This document shows, piece after piece, positions 20,061-28,839 of a stretch of DNA of 64,000 nt. The translations under genes were made by a program, and so were the position numbers. Below the pieces are notes generated by a model that ran no database searches, was not told the DNA's origin, and worked only from the letters and a program-made list of their open reading frames with translations. This DNA is from Stellaceae bacterium (lineage in GTDB: Bacteria > Pseudomonadota > Alphaproteobacteria > ATCC43930 > CGMCC-115725). Where the stretch lies: contig DATIXQ010000023.1 in assembly GCA_035518375.1 (NCBI GenBank), positions 16,037 through 80,036 on the forward strand, read 5' to 3'. The first letter of the stretch is position 1. Each line of letters starts with the position of its first letter.

Positions 20061-21419
20061 ATGCGGCAGGACGAAAGCTATAGCGTCACCGCGGTCATCG
20101 ACGCGGCACGCGTCAGCCCGTACCAGTGGATGGTGCTGGCGATCAGCCTCGTGACCGCGATGTTCGACGGCTACGACACACAGGGCATCGCGTACGTGGC
20201 GCCGGTGATGGCGAAGGATCTGGGCATCAGCCCGGCCCAACTCGGTCCCGTCTTCAGCGCGGGGCTTCTGGGGCTCACGCTGGGAGGCATCACCTTCGGC
20301 ATGCTCGCCGATAAGATCGGGCGGCGGCAGGCGATCATCTGGCCGGTCGTCATCTTCGGTGTGTTCTCGATCCTGACGCCGATGGGTCACACGCTGCAGA
20401 GCGTCATCGTGCTGCGGCTTCTTGCGGGCTTTGGATTGGGCGGCACGCTGCCCTCCGTCACGGCCTACGTGCTCGAATACTCGCCCCACCGCATGCGCTC
20501 GCTTCTTGTCAACAGCACCGGCGCGTTCTTCGCGTTCGGCTCGATCGTCGGCGGCGTGCTCGCGAACGCGCTCATCCCGACGTGGGGCTGGCAATCGACT
20601 TTCTATGTGGGTGGCATCGTGCCGCTGCTCTTCCTTGGTGTCGTCATCCCGTTCCTGCCGGAATCCGTGCGCTTCCTGCTGCTTTCAGGAAAGGCGATGG
20701 AGCGTGTGGCAGCGATCATGCAGAGGATCGTGCCGGAGCGGAAATTCGCGCTTTCCGCACGCTTCACGCTCGAGCGGAACGTGGCCGGCATCACCGTGAA
20801 ACACCTCTTCACCGAGGGGCGAGCCTTCGGCACGGTGCTGATCTGGATCGCCTTCATCATGAATTTGTTTGTGCTGGTCTATCTCATCTTCTGGATGCCG
20901 ACCTTGCTGCGCCAAGTTGGCCAGCCTTTGAACGTGGCGATCGAGGCAACGATCTTCTATGGCGTCGGGGGCATCGTCGGCGGGCTCGTCGTCGGCTGGG
21001 TCGCCGACCGCGTCGGTTCACTCTATGGCGTGCTCGCCTGCGCCTATGTCGGCGCCGCCATCTTCATCACCGTCGCGGCCTTTTCCGTGCACGACACGAC
21101 GATCCTCATTCCAGCGATGTTTATGACCGGCTTCAGCATCAATGGCGGGCAGCCCTCGCTCAACACCATCTCCGGCATTTTCTATCCGACCGCGATCCGA
21201 GCCACGGGCATAGGCTGGGCCTTGGGCATCGGCCGGATCGGCGCCGTTGTCGGCCCGATTGTGGGCGGGCTCCTTGTCGGCGCGCATTTCGCGGTACCGT
21301 CGGTCATCCTTGCCAACACGATCCCGGCGGCGGTGGCCGCGGTCGCCATCGTTATTCTGCGCCAGGTGGTGCGGCGGATGGGAGCGGCATCCGCACGTCC
21401 GGCAGTCGCGGCAACGTGA
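20061..21419 (+). CDS. MFS transporter, aromatic-acid/H+ symporter-like
   Basis: ORF 19866..21419 trimmed to ATG at 20061 (SD GGAGGA upstream). 12-TM pattern, FDGYDTQGIAYVAP and GMLADKIGRRQAI motifs typical of the AAHS subfamily. Confidence 0.85.
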   Translation: MRQDESYSVTAVIDAARVSPYQWMVLAISLVTAMFDGYDTQGIAYVAPVMAKDLGISPAQLGPVFSAGLLGLTLGGITFGMLADKIGRRQAIIWPVVIFGVFSILTPMGHTLQSVIVLRLLAGFGLGGTLPSVTAYVLEYSPHRMRSLLVNSTGAFFAFGSIVGGVLANALIPTWGWQSTFYVGGIVPLLFLGVVIPFLPESVRFLLLSGKAMERVAAIMQRIVPERKFALSARFTLERNVAGITVKHLFTEGRAFGTVLIWIAFIMNLFVLVYLIFWMPTLLRQVGQPLNVAIEATIFYGVGGIVGGLVVGWVADRVGSLYGVLACAYVGAAIFITVAAFSVHDTTILIPAMFMTGFSINGGQPSLNTISGIFYPTAIRATGIGWALGIGRIGAVVGPIVGGLLVGAHFAVPSVILANTIPAAVAAVAIVILRQVVRRMGAASARPAVAAT

Positions 21420-21447
21420 ACGAGCAAGAGAAACAAGGAAGGGTGCG

Positions 21448-22533
21448 ATGAAATTCGCGCATTTCGCCCATGTCTGGGGTAAGGAAGGTATGACGCCGGC
21501 CCAGCGCTATCAGCAGCTCTGGCGCGAGCTTGTGCTCTGCGACGAGCTCGGGTTCGACTACGGCTTCTGCGTCGAGCACCACTTCCGCCCTGACGAGAGC
21601 TGGATGTCGGCGCCGGGCCTTTACAGCGTCGCCGCTGGTGCGCGCACGAAGCACATGCGCTTGGGCGGCATGGGTCATATCGTGCCCCTCCACAATGCCT
21701 TGAGGCTCACCGAGGAGATCGCGCTTGCCGACCAGATGATCGGCGGGCGGCTCGAGGTGGGGCTCGTGCCGGGAATTACTCCGGCGAATTTCGGGCCCTT
21801 CGGCGTCAACTACGACACGCGGCGCGAGGTGACGCACGAATTCGTCGCATTCCTTAAGACCGCCTACCGCGCCCAGGATCCGTTCGACTTCGCGGGCCAA
21901 TACCACAAGGTCAAGGGCGCGCGGCTCGCGGTCATGCCGGCACAGAACCCGCACCCGCCGCTGTGGATCGAATCGCGCGATCCGGCGACGCTCGAATTCT
22001 GCGCTGAGAACGGGATCAACACCGGCTATTTCTTCCTCTATCCGCGCCACGACGCTGCGCCGCGCTACCGCAAGTTCCTCGAGCAGTGGAAGGCCAAAGG
22101 CCGGAAAGAAAAGCCGCACATCGCCTATTCCTGCATCTGCTACGTCGACGAGACCGACGACAAAGCGCTTCGGAAGCTCGAGGCGGCAGGTTCTGCCTAT
22201 CGCGGATTTCTGCCGCCGACGCGGACGCAGGCGGAATTGGATGCCGCGCTCGAAGCCAACGGCAAGCGCTTCGAGGAGCGCGGCGAGCCGGGCGCGGGCG
22301 AGGTCGCGCGCCATCTCCTCGACGGAAAGTGGCAGTATGAACGTGATCTGCTGCTCGTGGGATCTGCCGACACGGTCGCAAAGAAGCTCAAGGCTATCGC
22401 GACCGAGGGTCTGTTCGACACGTTCTTCGCCGAGTTCAATTTCGGCAACCTCGCCGAGGATGATCTGATGCGCTCGATCCGGCTCTTCGGCACCGAGGTG
22501 ATGCCGCGCTTGCGCGATTTCGTGCCGTTCTGA
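21448..22533 (+). CDS. LLM-class (luciferase-like) flavin-dependent oxidoreductase
   Basis: ORF 21247..22533 trimmed to ATG at 21448 (MKFAHFAHVWGKEG...). LGFDYGFCVEHHF, IALADQMIGGRLEVGL, HPPLWIES. C-terminal FGTEVMPRLR. Confidence 0.85.
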   Translation: MKFAHFAHVWGKEGMTPAQRYQQLWRELVLCDELGFDYGFCVEHHFRPDESWMSAPGLYSVAAGARTKHMRLGGMGHIVPLHNALRLTEEIALADQMIGGRLEVGLVPGITPANFGPFGVNYDTRREVTHEFVAFLKTAYRAQDPFDFAGQYHKVKGARLAVMPAQNPHPPLWIESRDPATLEFCAENGINTGYFFLYPRHDAAPRYRKFLEQWKAKGRKEKPHIAYSCICYVDETDDKALRKLEAAGSAYRGFLPPTRTQAELDAALEANGKRFEERGEPGAGEVARHLLDGKWQYERDLLLVGSADTVAKKLKAIATEGLFDTFFAEFNFGNLAEDDLMRSIRLFGTEVMPRLRDFVPF

Positions 22534-22612
22534 GAATTCGGCCGCAAGGAGCGGAGTGGCAGGCCGCTGGGGCCGGCGCATATAGCCTCCATTCACCGAT
22601 GGAGGTTTGATC

Positions 22613-23080
22613 ATGAGTTTCCGTATTCGTGGACTGCCAAACGAGCCCTTCGCGCCGCTCTTCGAGCTCGCGGATGACGAGCTCGCAAAGCGGGGCGCGG
22701 TGCGTCGCATCGCCGACGATCGCAGGCCCGGCTATCCCTGTCGTGTTAGTCTGACGGACTCACGCCCGGGTGACGAGCTTCTGCTCGTCAACTACGAGCA
22801 CCATGCCGTTGCCTCGCCTTATCGCATGCGGTTTGCCATCTTCGTGCGCAAGGGGGAAGAAACTTACGATGAGGTCGGCTGTGTGCCCGAGCAGCTGCGC
22901 TTGCGCACGCTTGCCGTGCGCGCGTTTGACGAGGATGGCATGATGCGCGGGTTCGAGCTCGTCGATGGGCGCGCCCTCGAAGCGACGATCGAACGGCTCT
23001 TTGTCGATCCGAGAGCGGCCTACCTTCATGTTCATTTCGCGGCGCCCGGATGCTATGCCGCGCGCGTCGATAGGGCGTAA
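22613..23080 (+). CDS. DUF1203 domain-containing protein
   Basis: ATG at 22613, 7 nt after GGAGG. MSFRIRGLPNEPFAPLFELADDELAKRGAVRRIADDRRPGYPCRVSL...LLLVNYEHH matches my memory of the DUF1203 family. Confidence 0.7.
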   Translation: MSFRIRGLPNEPFAPLFELADDELAKRGAVRRIADDRRPGYPCRVSLTDSRPGDELLLVNYEHHAVASPYRMRFAIFVRKGEETYDEVGCVPEQLRLRTLAVRAFDEDGMMRGFELVDGRALEATIERLFVDPRAAYLHVHFAAPGCYAARVDRA

Positions 23081-23109
23081 GCTTTGCGGCCATAGAGAGG
23101 GAGGACGAA

Positions 23110-23868
23110 ATGGCACGGCTTTCCGGCGTTTCCGCAATCGTGACGGGGGCCGCGCCCGGCGGCATCGGCAGCGTCTATGCCAGGGCGCTCGCAGCCGAAG
23201 GGGCAAAGCTCAGCCTCTGCGACATCGACCCGGTCGACGCCACGGTCAAGGCGATCAAGGACGCGGGCGGCACCGCGATCGGACGCCTGTGCGACGTGAC
23301 CGATCCCAAGGCGGTGGCGGCGCTCGTCAAGGCGACCGACGAGGCGTTCGGCGGCGTGCAGGTGCTCGTCAACAACGCAGCGCTCTTCGGCAAGATCACA
23401 CAGAAGCCTCTCATGGAAATCCCGTCCGAGGAATGGGACCGCGTCATGGTGGTCAACACGCGCGGACCCTTCGAGTGCGTCAAGGCGGTCGTGCCGGTGA
23501 TGCGGCGCGGCGGCTATGGCAAGATCATCAACATCGCGTCGGGCACCGTGTTCAAGGGCACGCCGATGATGCTGCACTATGTGAGCTCGAAGGGCGCGGT
23601 GGTCGCCATGACGCGGGCGATGGCGCGCGAACTTGGCGGAGACGGGATCCGCGTCAACGCCATCGCGCCGGGCCTCACATTGAGCGACGTGGTGAAGGGA
23701 CGGAACGATTATGGCGCGCTTCGCACCGTGAACATCCAGAGCCGCTGCATCAAGCGCGACGAGGAACCCGATGATCTCGTCGGGACGGTGATCTTCCTCG
23801 CCTCGCGCGACAGCGACTTCATGACCGGTCAGACCATGCTCGTCGACGGCGGTTCGGCGATGCATTAG
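23110..23868 (+). CDS. SDR family oxidoreductase
   Basis: AIVTGAAPGGIGSVYA, NNAALFG, YVSSKGAVVAMTR, MTGQTMLVDGG. Confidence 0.9.
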   Translation: MARLSGVSAIVTGAAPGGIGSVYARALAAEGAKLSLCDIDPVDATVKAIKDAGGTAIGRLCDVTDPKAVAALVKATDEAFGGVQVLVNNAALFGKITQKPLMEIPSEEWDRVMVVNTRGPFECVKAVVPVMRRGGYGKIINIASGTVFKGTPMMLHYVSSKGAVVAMTRAMARELGGDGIRVNAIAPGLTLSDVVKGRNDYGALRTVNIQSRCIKRDEEPDDLVGTVIFLASRDSDFMTGQTMLVDGGSAMH

Positions 23869-23944
23869 GCGGCGCCCGCCTTATTTCCGTCGCCGCGTTG
23901 ATCGTCTAGGATTGCGCCAGGAAACCTTCTCGGCGGAGAACCCC

Positions 23945-25168
23945 ATGGATTCGTTGGTCCGCGATCCCGCGCTCGAGACGTTCGACACCGCGCGCCTTCT
24001 CGCCAATGCGAAGGAGCAGTCGGCGAAGCGCAAATACGAAGACTTCATGATCATCGACGTCGACGCACATCATTATGAAAGCGAATCCTACGGCGAGATT
24101 ATCGATTTCATCGACGACCCGGTGTTCCGCAACGAGGCGCGGATGCAAGGGATGGGCCGCACCGGCCTGATGCAGCCCGAGGCCAACTACCAGAACATGG
24201 GTGGCCGCATCACGCGCATCTTCCAGCGCGGCGCCGAGAAGGTGCCGGGCGCCCCGCACCGCGACATCACGCTGACGAAGCGCTGGATGGACGCGATGGG
24301 GGTCGATCTCATCTGTCTCTTCCCGACGCCGATGCTCTCGCTCGGCATGAACCCGCGGCCCGATAACGAGCTGCAGCTCGCGCGCGCCTACAACCGTTGG
24401 CTTTGCGACAAGGTGATCGCGAACGAGCCGCGCATCCGCTCGATGCTTTATCTGCCCTTCAATCACCCCGAGGGCAGCATCAAGATGGTCGAGGATTTCG
24501 CGGACAAGCCCGGCGTCATCGGCTTCATGGTGACGAGCCCGCGCGAGCGCGGCGTCTTCGACAATGCCTATATGCGGCTTTACGCCATGCTCGAAGAGCG
24601 CGGGCTTCCGCTCGCGTTCCACGGCGGCTTCTCCTGGGCCGAGCAGTCGTTCAAGCTCGCCAACCGCTTCATCGTCGTGCACGCGCTGGGCTTCACCTTT
24701 TTCAACATGCTTCATCTCTCGAACTGGATCATGAACGCGCTGCCCGAGCGCTTCCCGAAGCTCAAGACCATCTGGATCGAAAGCGGGCTCGCGTGGATCC
24801 CGTTCCTGATGCAGCGGCTCGACAACGAATACATGATGCGCACGTCCGAAGCGCCCGGCCTCAAGAAGAAGCCGTCGGACTATATCCGCGACATGTTCTT
24901 CACGACCCAGCCGATGGAGGCGGTCGAGAACCGCGACGCGCTCGAGCTCACCTTCCGCATGATGAAGGCCGAGACGCAGCTCCTCTATTCCTCGGACTAT
25001 CCGCACTGGGACATGGATCTGCCGAGCGTAATCTACGACCTGCCGTTCCTGTCGCAGGAAGCGAAGCGCAATATCCTGGGCGAGAATGCGCGGCGGCTCT
25101 TCAAGCTCGATCCGCTCCTGGCCGGCCATAAGCTCGAGCGCAAGGCGGCGCGCACCGCCGCGCAGTAG
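23945..25168 (+). CDS. amidohydrolase_2 family protein (ACMSD/LigW-like metal-dependent hydrolase or decarboxylase)
   Basis: ORF 23912 (TTG) trimmed to ATG at 23945. IIDVDAHHYE metal-binding start and C-terminal LLYSSDYPHWD motif. Confidence 0.8.
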   Translation: MDSLVRDPALETFDTARLLANAKEQSAKRKYEDFMIIDVDAHHYESESYGEIIDFIDDPVFRNEARMQGMGRTGLMQPEANYQNMGGRITRIFQRGAEKVPGAPHRDITLTKRWMDAMGVDLICLFPTPMLSLGMNPRPDNELQLARAYNRWLCDKVIANEPRIRSMLYLPFNHPEGSIKMVEDFADKPGVIGFMVTSPRERGVFDNAYMRLYAMLEERGLPLAFHGGFSWAEQSFKLANRFIVVHALGFTFFNMLHLSNWIMNALPERFPKLKTIWIESGLAWIPFLMQRLDNEYMMRTSEAPGLKKKPSDYIRDMFFTTQPMEAVENRDALELTFRMMKAETQLLYSSDYPHWDMDLPSVIYDLPFLSQEAKRNILGENARRLFKLDPLLAGHKLERKAARTAAQ

Positions 25169-25173
25169 GCGCC

Positions 25174-26241
25174 CTACGCTCCTGCCTCACCCTCGCGCGA
25201 GGCGGCGACCCACTCGCGCCACAGCGTGAGGAGGGCCGCCATGATCGCGGGGCCGAGGAACAGGCCCACGAGGCCGAAGCCTTCGAGCCCGCCGAGAATG
25301 CCAAGCAGCACCCATAGGAAGGGCAGCTTGGCCGCGCCTCCGATCAGCACCGGCCGCACGAAATGGTCGGCGACGAAGACGACGACGGCGCCAATGCCAA
25401 GCAGGATGAGCGCCGGCCACAGCCCGTCCTGCGACAGCAGCACGAGCGCCGCGAGCCCGAAGACGAGCGGCGCGCCAAACGGGATCATGGCGAGGACCGC
25501 GGTGGCGCCGCCGAAGAGCGCCGCATGTGGCAGGCCCAGCGACACGTAGGCCGCGGCCAGCACCGCGCCCTCGCCGAGCCCGACGAGAACGAGGCCGTTC
25601 ACCGTGCCGCGGATCGCATGCACCATCTGCACGCCGACGCGCGTGCCCTGGGGCCCGACGAGGCGGCCGACGAGCGCTTCGATATCGCGCACGAGCCGCG
25701 CCCCGTCGCGGTAGACGAAGAACAGAGTCAGCAGCGTGAAGACGAGCACGGTCGAGCGCCGCGCGAGCTGCTGGCCGAGCGTGCGTGTCCAGTCGATCAC
25801 GAGGCCGCGGTCGAGCCGTCCCAAGAGCTGCTGTGCGCCGTGCGGATCGGCGAGGTTCGTTTGCCACCAATGCTTCGCATAAACACCGAACCATGGGAGC
25901 TCGCCGAGCCATTGCGGCGTCGGCAGGCCTTCCTTCTCGAGGTCGGGCAGCGTGCGCGCGAAGAACAGCGTTTCGCGGCCGAGCTCGATTGCCATGAGCG
26001 CGACCGGCACGAGGAACACGAGCCCGACGATCAGCGTGAACGTCAAGGGCGCCAGCATCGCGTCCTGGCGCGGCGATCCGCGTTGCTTGAAGCGGATATA
26101 GAGCGGCCAAGTCGCGACCGCGAAGATCGTCGCCCACAGGAGCGCCGGGATGAAGTCCCACAGGATCCAGAACGCGAGCCCTGTGAGCGCCGCGGTGACG
26201 GCAAGGCGGGCGTTGCGTTGGATCGTGGTCTGGCGCTCCAT
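25174..26241 (-). CDS. AI-2E family transporter (PerM/UPF0118)
   Basis: ORF 25174..26397 trimmed to ATG at 26241 (MERQTTIQRNARLAV...). About 8 TM segments and the usual family layout (GLGEGAVLAAAYVSLGLP..., IPFGAPLVF). Confidence 0.8.
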   Translation of the reverse strand: MERQTTIQRNARLAVTAALTGLAFWILWDFIPALLWATIFAVATWPLYIRFKQRGSPRQDAMLAPLTFTLIVGLVFLVPVALMAIELGRETLFFARTLPDLEKEGLPTPQWLGELPWFGVYAKHWWQTNLADPHGAQQLLGRLDRGLVIDWTRTLGQQLARRSTVLVFTLLTLFFVYRDGARLVRDIEALVGRLVGPQGTRVGVQMVHAIRGTVNGLVLVGLGEGAVLAAAYVSLGLPHAALFGGATAVLAMIPFGAPLVFGLAALVLLSQDGLWPALILLGIGAVVVFVADHFVRPVLIGGAAKLPFLWVLLGILGGLEGFGLVGLFLGPAIMAALLTLWREWVAASREGEAGA

Positions 26242-26315
26242 GGCGCGCGCAGTATAGACCATGATAAAAAAGGGGGCTTCCGGACGACGGGACAGGCCAG
26301 AGGAGAAGGAAACCG

Positions 26316-26834
26316 ATGGCGGATGTGCGATTCCTGCGGCGTGCGCCTGGTGGCGCCGCTGCGCGGGCAGGCGTGGCGCTCTTGGGTGCGGTCGCAATTG
26401 CGGGTGTCTGCGGTCTCGCTGCCGCCGATCCGCCGCTGACGGGCCCGTCCGACACCTACAAGCCGCGACTGGGCGACATCATGGGGGCGACGCAGCTGCG
26501 GCACATCAAGCTCTGGTACGCGGGCGCCGACCAGAACTGGGCGTTGGCGGGCTACGAGCTCGAACAGATCAAGGACAGTTTCCAGGATGCGATGGTGCTC
26601 TATCCCGGCCTGCCAACGGCGAACATGCTGCCGATGGCGGGGCCGTCCACCGCGCTTGACGCCGCGATCAGGGCGAAGGACCGTAAGGCCTTCGCCCGCG
26701 CCTTCAACCAGATGACGGCGGCCTGCAACGCCTGTCACCAGTCGCAGGGCTACGGTGCGATCGTCATCAAGGTGCCGAATTCCTCGCCCTTCAGCGATGA
26801 AATGTTCCCGCCGAAAGGAGGCGGTGCGCAATGA
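26316..26834 (+). CDS. secreted CxxCH-motif protein, possibly a class II (four-helix-bundle) c-type cytochrome
   Basis: SD AGGAGAAGGA 5 nt upstream. RR plus a hydrophobic signal-like N-terminus (VALLGAVAIAGVCGLAAA). Single haem-c motif CNACH about 33 aa from the C-terminus. The stop overlaps the next gene's start (ATGA). The family assignment is an inference. Confidence 0.45.
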   Translation: MADVRFLRRAPGGAAARAGVALLGAVAIAGVCGLAAADPPLTGPSDTYKPRLGDIMGATQLRHIKLWYAGADQNWALAGYELEQIKDSFQDAMVLYPGLPTANMLPMAGPSTALDAAIRAKDRKAFARAFNQMTAACNACHQSQGYGAIVIKVPNSSPFSDEMFPPKGGGAQ

Positions 26835-27880
26835 GCAGCACGGATGGCGCACGCCAGGACTATTACCGCCGCGTTAGCGCGTTGCCGCTGTCGCCGCTCT
26901 GGACGACGCGGCTCGTGCCGCCCGAGCCCAAGGACCAGGTGAAGGCGAAGCCCTATCTCTGGGACTATGACGATGTCGTGCGGCCGGTGCTGATGGAGGC
27001 TGGTCCGCTCATCACCGCGAAGGAGGCGAACCGCCGCGTGCTCACGCTCGAGAATCCGGGGCTCGACGGCTCGCACCGAATCCTCGAATCGCTCTATGCC
27101 GGGCTTCAGCTTATCCTGCCCGGCGAGGTTGCGCCTGCGCACCGCCATTCGCCTTCGGCGCTCCGCTTCATCATCGAGGGCGAGGGCGCCTATACCGCGG
27201 TGAGCGGCGAGAAATCGATGATGCGGCGCGGCGACTTCATCATTACGCCGTCGATGACGTGGCACGATCACGGGCACGAGGGAAGCGAGCCCGTGGTGTG
27301 GATGGACGGGCTCGACATTCCGATGCTCGGCCTCTACGGGCCGATGTTCTTCGACAATTACGGCGACGACCGCCATCCCGAGCGGCGTCCGCCGGGCGAC
27401 AGCCGCGCGCGCTATGGCGCCAACATGCGGCCGGTCGGCGAAAGCTGGGAGAAGCCGGAATCGCCGATCTTCTCCTATCCCTACGAGCGCTCGCGCGAGG
27501 CGCTCGAGGCTCTGCGCAAGAGCGAGGAATGGGATCCTGCGGCGGGCGTGAAGCTCGAATATATCGACCCGACGCGCGGTGGCTCTGCCATGCCCACGAT
27601 CTCGACCTTCCTGCAGCTCCTGCCCAAGGGCTTTTCCGGCTCCACCTACCGCAGCACCGAGAACACGGTCTTCTCGCCGGTCGAGGGACGGGGCCGCATC
27701 ATCGTCGGCGAAGGGACCGGTGCACACACGATGATGTGGAAGCCGCGCGACATCTTCGCGGTGCCATGCTGGGTTCCCTACCGGCTCGAATCCTCTGAGG
27801 ACGCGGTCCTTTTCAGCTTCTCGGACCGCGTGGCGCAGCAGAAATTGGGTTTCTGGCGCGAGGAGCGGCCGAGGAACTAG
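26831..27880 (+). CDS. gentisate 1,2-dioxygenase (bicupin)
   Basis: 349 aa. PLWTT..., LENPGL, LQLILPGEVAPAHRHSPSALRFIIEGEGAYT, WHDHGHEG: the cupin metal-binding His pattern typical of GDO. Confidence 0.88.
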   Translation: MSSTDGARQDYYRRVSALPLSPLWTTRLVPPEPKDQVKAKPYLWDYDDVVRPVLMEAGPLITAKEANRRVLTLENPGLDGSHRILESLYAGLQLILPGEVAPAHRHSPSALRFIIEGEGAYTAVSGEKSMMRRGDFIITPSMTWHDHGHEGSEPVVWMDGLDIPMLGLYGPMFFDNYGDDRHPERRPPGDSRARYGANMRPVGESWEKPESPIFSYPYERSREALEALRKSEEWDPAAGVKLEYIDPTRGGSAMPTISTFLQLLPKGFSGSTYRSTENTVFSPVEGRGRIIVGEGTGAHTMMWKPRDIFAVPCWVPYRLESSEDAVLFSFSDRVAQQKLGFWREERPRN

Positions 27881-27887
27881 GACCCGC

Positions 27888-27958
27888 TGTCATTGCGAGG
27901 AGCCAGAGGCGACGAAGCAATCTCCGAGGAGATTGCTTCGCTCTGCTCGCAATGACAG
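27888..27958. repeat. REP-like imperfect palindromic element between convergent genes (possible bidirectional terminator)
   Basis: ctgtcattgcgag...gaagcaatctc cgag gagattgcttc...ctcgcaatgacag. The outer 13-bp arms and the inner 11-bp arms are perfectly complementary. It lies in the 90-bp gap between the GDO stop and the DLH stop. Confidence 0.7.
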
Positions 27959-27970
27959 AAGGAAGGCGGC

Positions 27971-28699
27971 CTAGATCCTTCCGGCGAACGCGTCGGCGAT
28001 GAAATTGTGCGCCAGGTTGTAGCCGTGCCGCGTCGTCGGCTCGTGATAGACGGCGGCGCCGGGGCGGTTCGCGGGGGGATCGGTGAAGGCGTGGACGACA
28101 CCGCCCCACATCAGCATGGCCCAGCGCGCGCCGGCCGCGTCCATCTCGGCCTCGAGCGCGTCGCGCTCGGCCTTGGGCGCGATTGGATCGGCGGCGCCGT
28201 GCACCACCAGGACCGCGGCCTTCACCTCGCCCTTTTTGGCTGGGAGTGGTGTCGCGAGCGAGCCGTGCATCGAGACGACCGCCTGCACATCGGCGCCCGC
28301 GCGCGCGAGGTCGAGCACGTTGGCGCCGCCGAAGCAATAGCCGATCGCGGCACGCTTGCGCCGGTCGCCGAGATCGCGCTTTTCGGTCTCCTTCAGCATC
28401 GTGTCAAAGGCGGCGACGATACGGCGCCGGGTCTCGCCCGCGTCCTTCATGAGCCCGGCCAGGAACTCCATCGGGTTTTCCTTGCCGGTCGGGCGCTTGC
28501 CCTCGCCGTACATGTCGGCGACGAATACGATGTAGCGGTCGCCCGCGAGCTGTCGCGCGACATCGGTCGCGTTGGGAACGATCCCGAGCCAATTGGGCGC
28601 CATCAGCAGGAGCGGCCGCACGGTGCGGGTTTCCTCATAGACGAGCTGGCCCTGGCAGTTGAGCCCGGACACGGAATAATTGACGGCTTCGACCTTCAT
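27971..28699 (-). CDS. dienelactone hydrolase family protein
   Basis: 242 aa. Nucleophile context IGYCFGG, then VLVVHGAADP and the catalytic His in GVVHAF. Confidence 0.85.
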   Translation of the reverse strand: MKVEAVNYSVSGLNCQGQLVYEETRTVRPLLLMAPNWLGIVPNATDVARQLAGDRYIVFVADMYGEGKRPTGKENPMEFLAGLMKDAGETRRRIVAAFDTMLKETEKRDLGDRRKRAAIGYCFGGANVLDLARAGADVQAVVSMHGSLATPLPAKKGEVKAAVLVVHGAADPIAPKAERDALEAEMDAAGARWAMLMWGGVVHAFTDPPANRPGAAVYHEPTTRHGYNLAHNFIADAFAGRI

Positions 28700-28839
28700 C
28701 GGTGCCTCCCTGGCAAAATCCCGGGCCCATCCAAGACCGCCGCTCGCCCGAGCGCAAGTCAGTCCCGCGACAGAATTTTTTCGTACACTCGGCTATACTC
28801 GCGGGCACCATGTTCCGCGCTGCGAAGGAGCTGCCTTAG

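Noticed and set aside
27877-28101. 74-aa minus-strand ORF starting inside the REP-like palindrome
   Set aside because: Its 5' part is simply the palindromic repeat read as codons, and the rest overlaps the DLH gene out of frame. This is a known type of mis-annotation for REP elements.
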